In this document: positions 43,093-43,171 of the stretch, piece after piece
How the letters are laid out: each line of letters opens with the position of its first letter
Numbering within the stretch: position 1 is the stretch's first letter
From: a virus
Strand: one strand, 5' to 3'
UHGV virus genome: UHGV-1379488
Length of the DNA stretch: 43,171 bases
Position numbers and translations under genes: made by a program
The notes under the pieces: generated by a model
The model's database searches: none
What the model was told of the DNA's origin: nothing
What the model saw: only the letters and a program-made list of their open reading frames with translations

Positions 43093-43171
43093 AAATAAAG
43101 TACCATCTTCGGAAATATGCAACACGAAATGCAACACGGAGCCTACAAACCGCATAAAACCGTTGTATTTT

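Overview
This window is essentially one complete temperate prophage of about 43 kb with a siphovirus-like gene order, from a low-GC Firmicute (probably Clostridia-like) host. It is bounded by imperfect direct repeats built on ATGCAACACG (140-162 and 43115-43138), with the integrase gene about 17 bp from the left repeat.

Gene order, left to right:
- Lysogeny module on the minus strand: integrase, an AT-rich two-gene membrane-protein moron, an ImmA/IrrE-like metallopeptidase and an XRE repressor.
- A switch region with consensus sigma-A promoters arranged face to face and a repeated AAAGTTCTGT operator motif, then a cro-like gene.
- A long early operon of very small genes, many with Cys-rich zinc ribbons and several below the 60-aa cutoff of the ORF track. 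It includes a Rad52-like annealing protein, an HNH-like nuclease, a replisome organizer with an in-gene 12-bp tandem repeat, a DnaC-like loader, a LexA DNA-binding-domain-only protein and a Lar-like restriction-alleviation protein.
- A second, internal tyrosine recombinase preceded by two perfect palindromes.
- Late genes: TerS, TerL, an HNH/AP2 endonuclease, portal and a Mu-F-like head protein.
- A cargo island of about 5 kb inserted into the morphogenesis module. It has a sigma-region-4-like regulator, Gly/Gln/Pro/Cys-rich low-complexity proteins and a BclA-C-terminal-like beta-rich protein. A self-contained minus-strand operon follows, with a palindromic operator inside its promoter and a bidirectional terminator.
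- Two phage-encoded tRNAs: a tRNA with anticodon UAU, and a tRNA-Gln(UUG)-like gene carrying an unusually long variable arm.
- Scaffold, capsid, head-tail, major tail, tail chaperones, tape measure, baseplate/fiber genes with a duplicated fiber N-terminus, and a reverse-oriented H-type-lectin gene.
- An XkdX-like protein and an M15-peptidase endolysin with cell-wall-binding repeats.

The main leads are the cargo island and its hypothesized spore-surface role, the two unusual tRNAs, a putative bipartite late promoter (AAATGTGGGGACG, about 21 nt, then TAAAAT) present twice, and a repeated leader motif.

All functional calls are from reading motifs in the translated ORFs; no database search was run.
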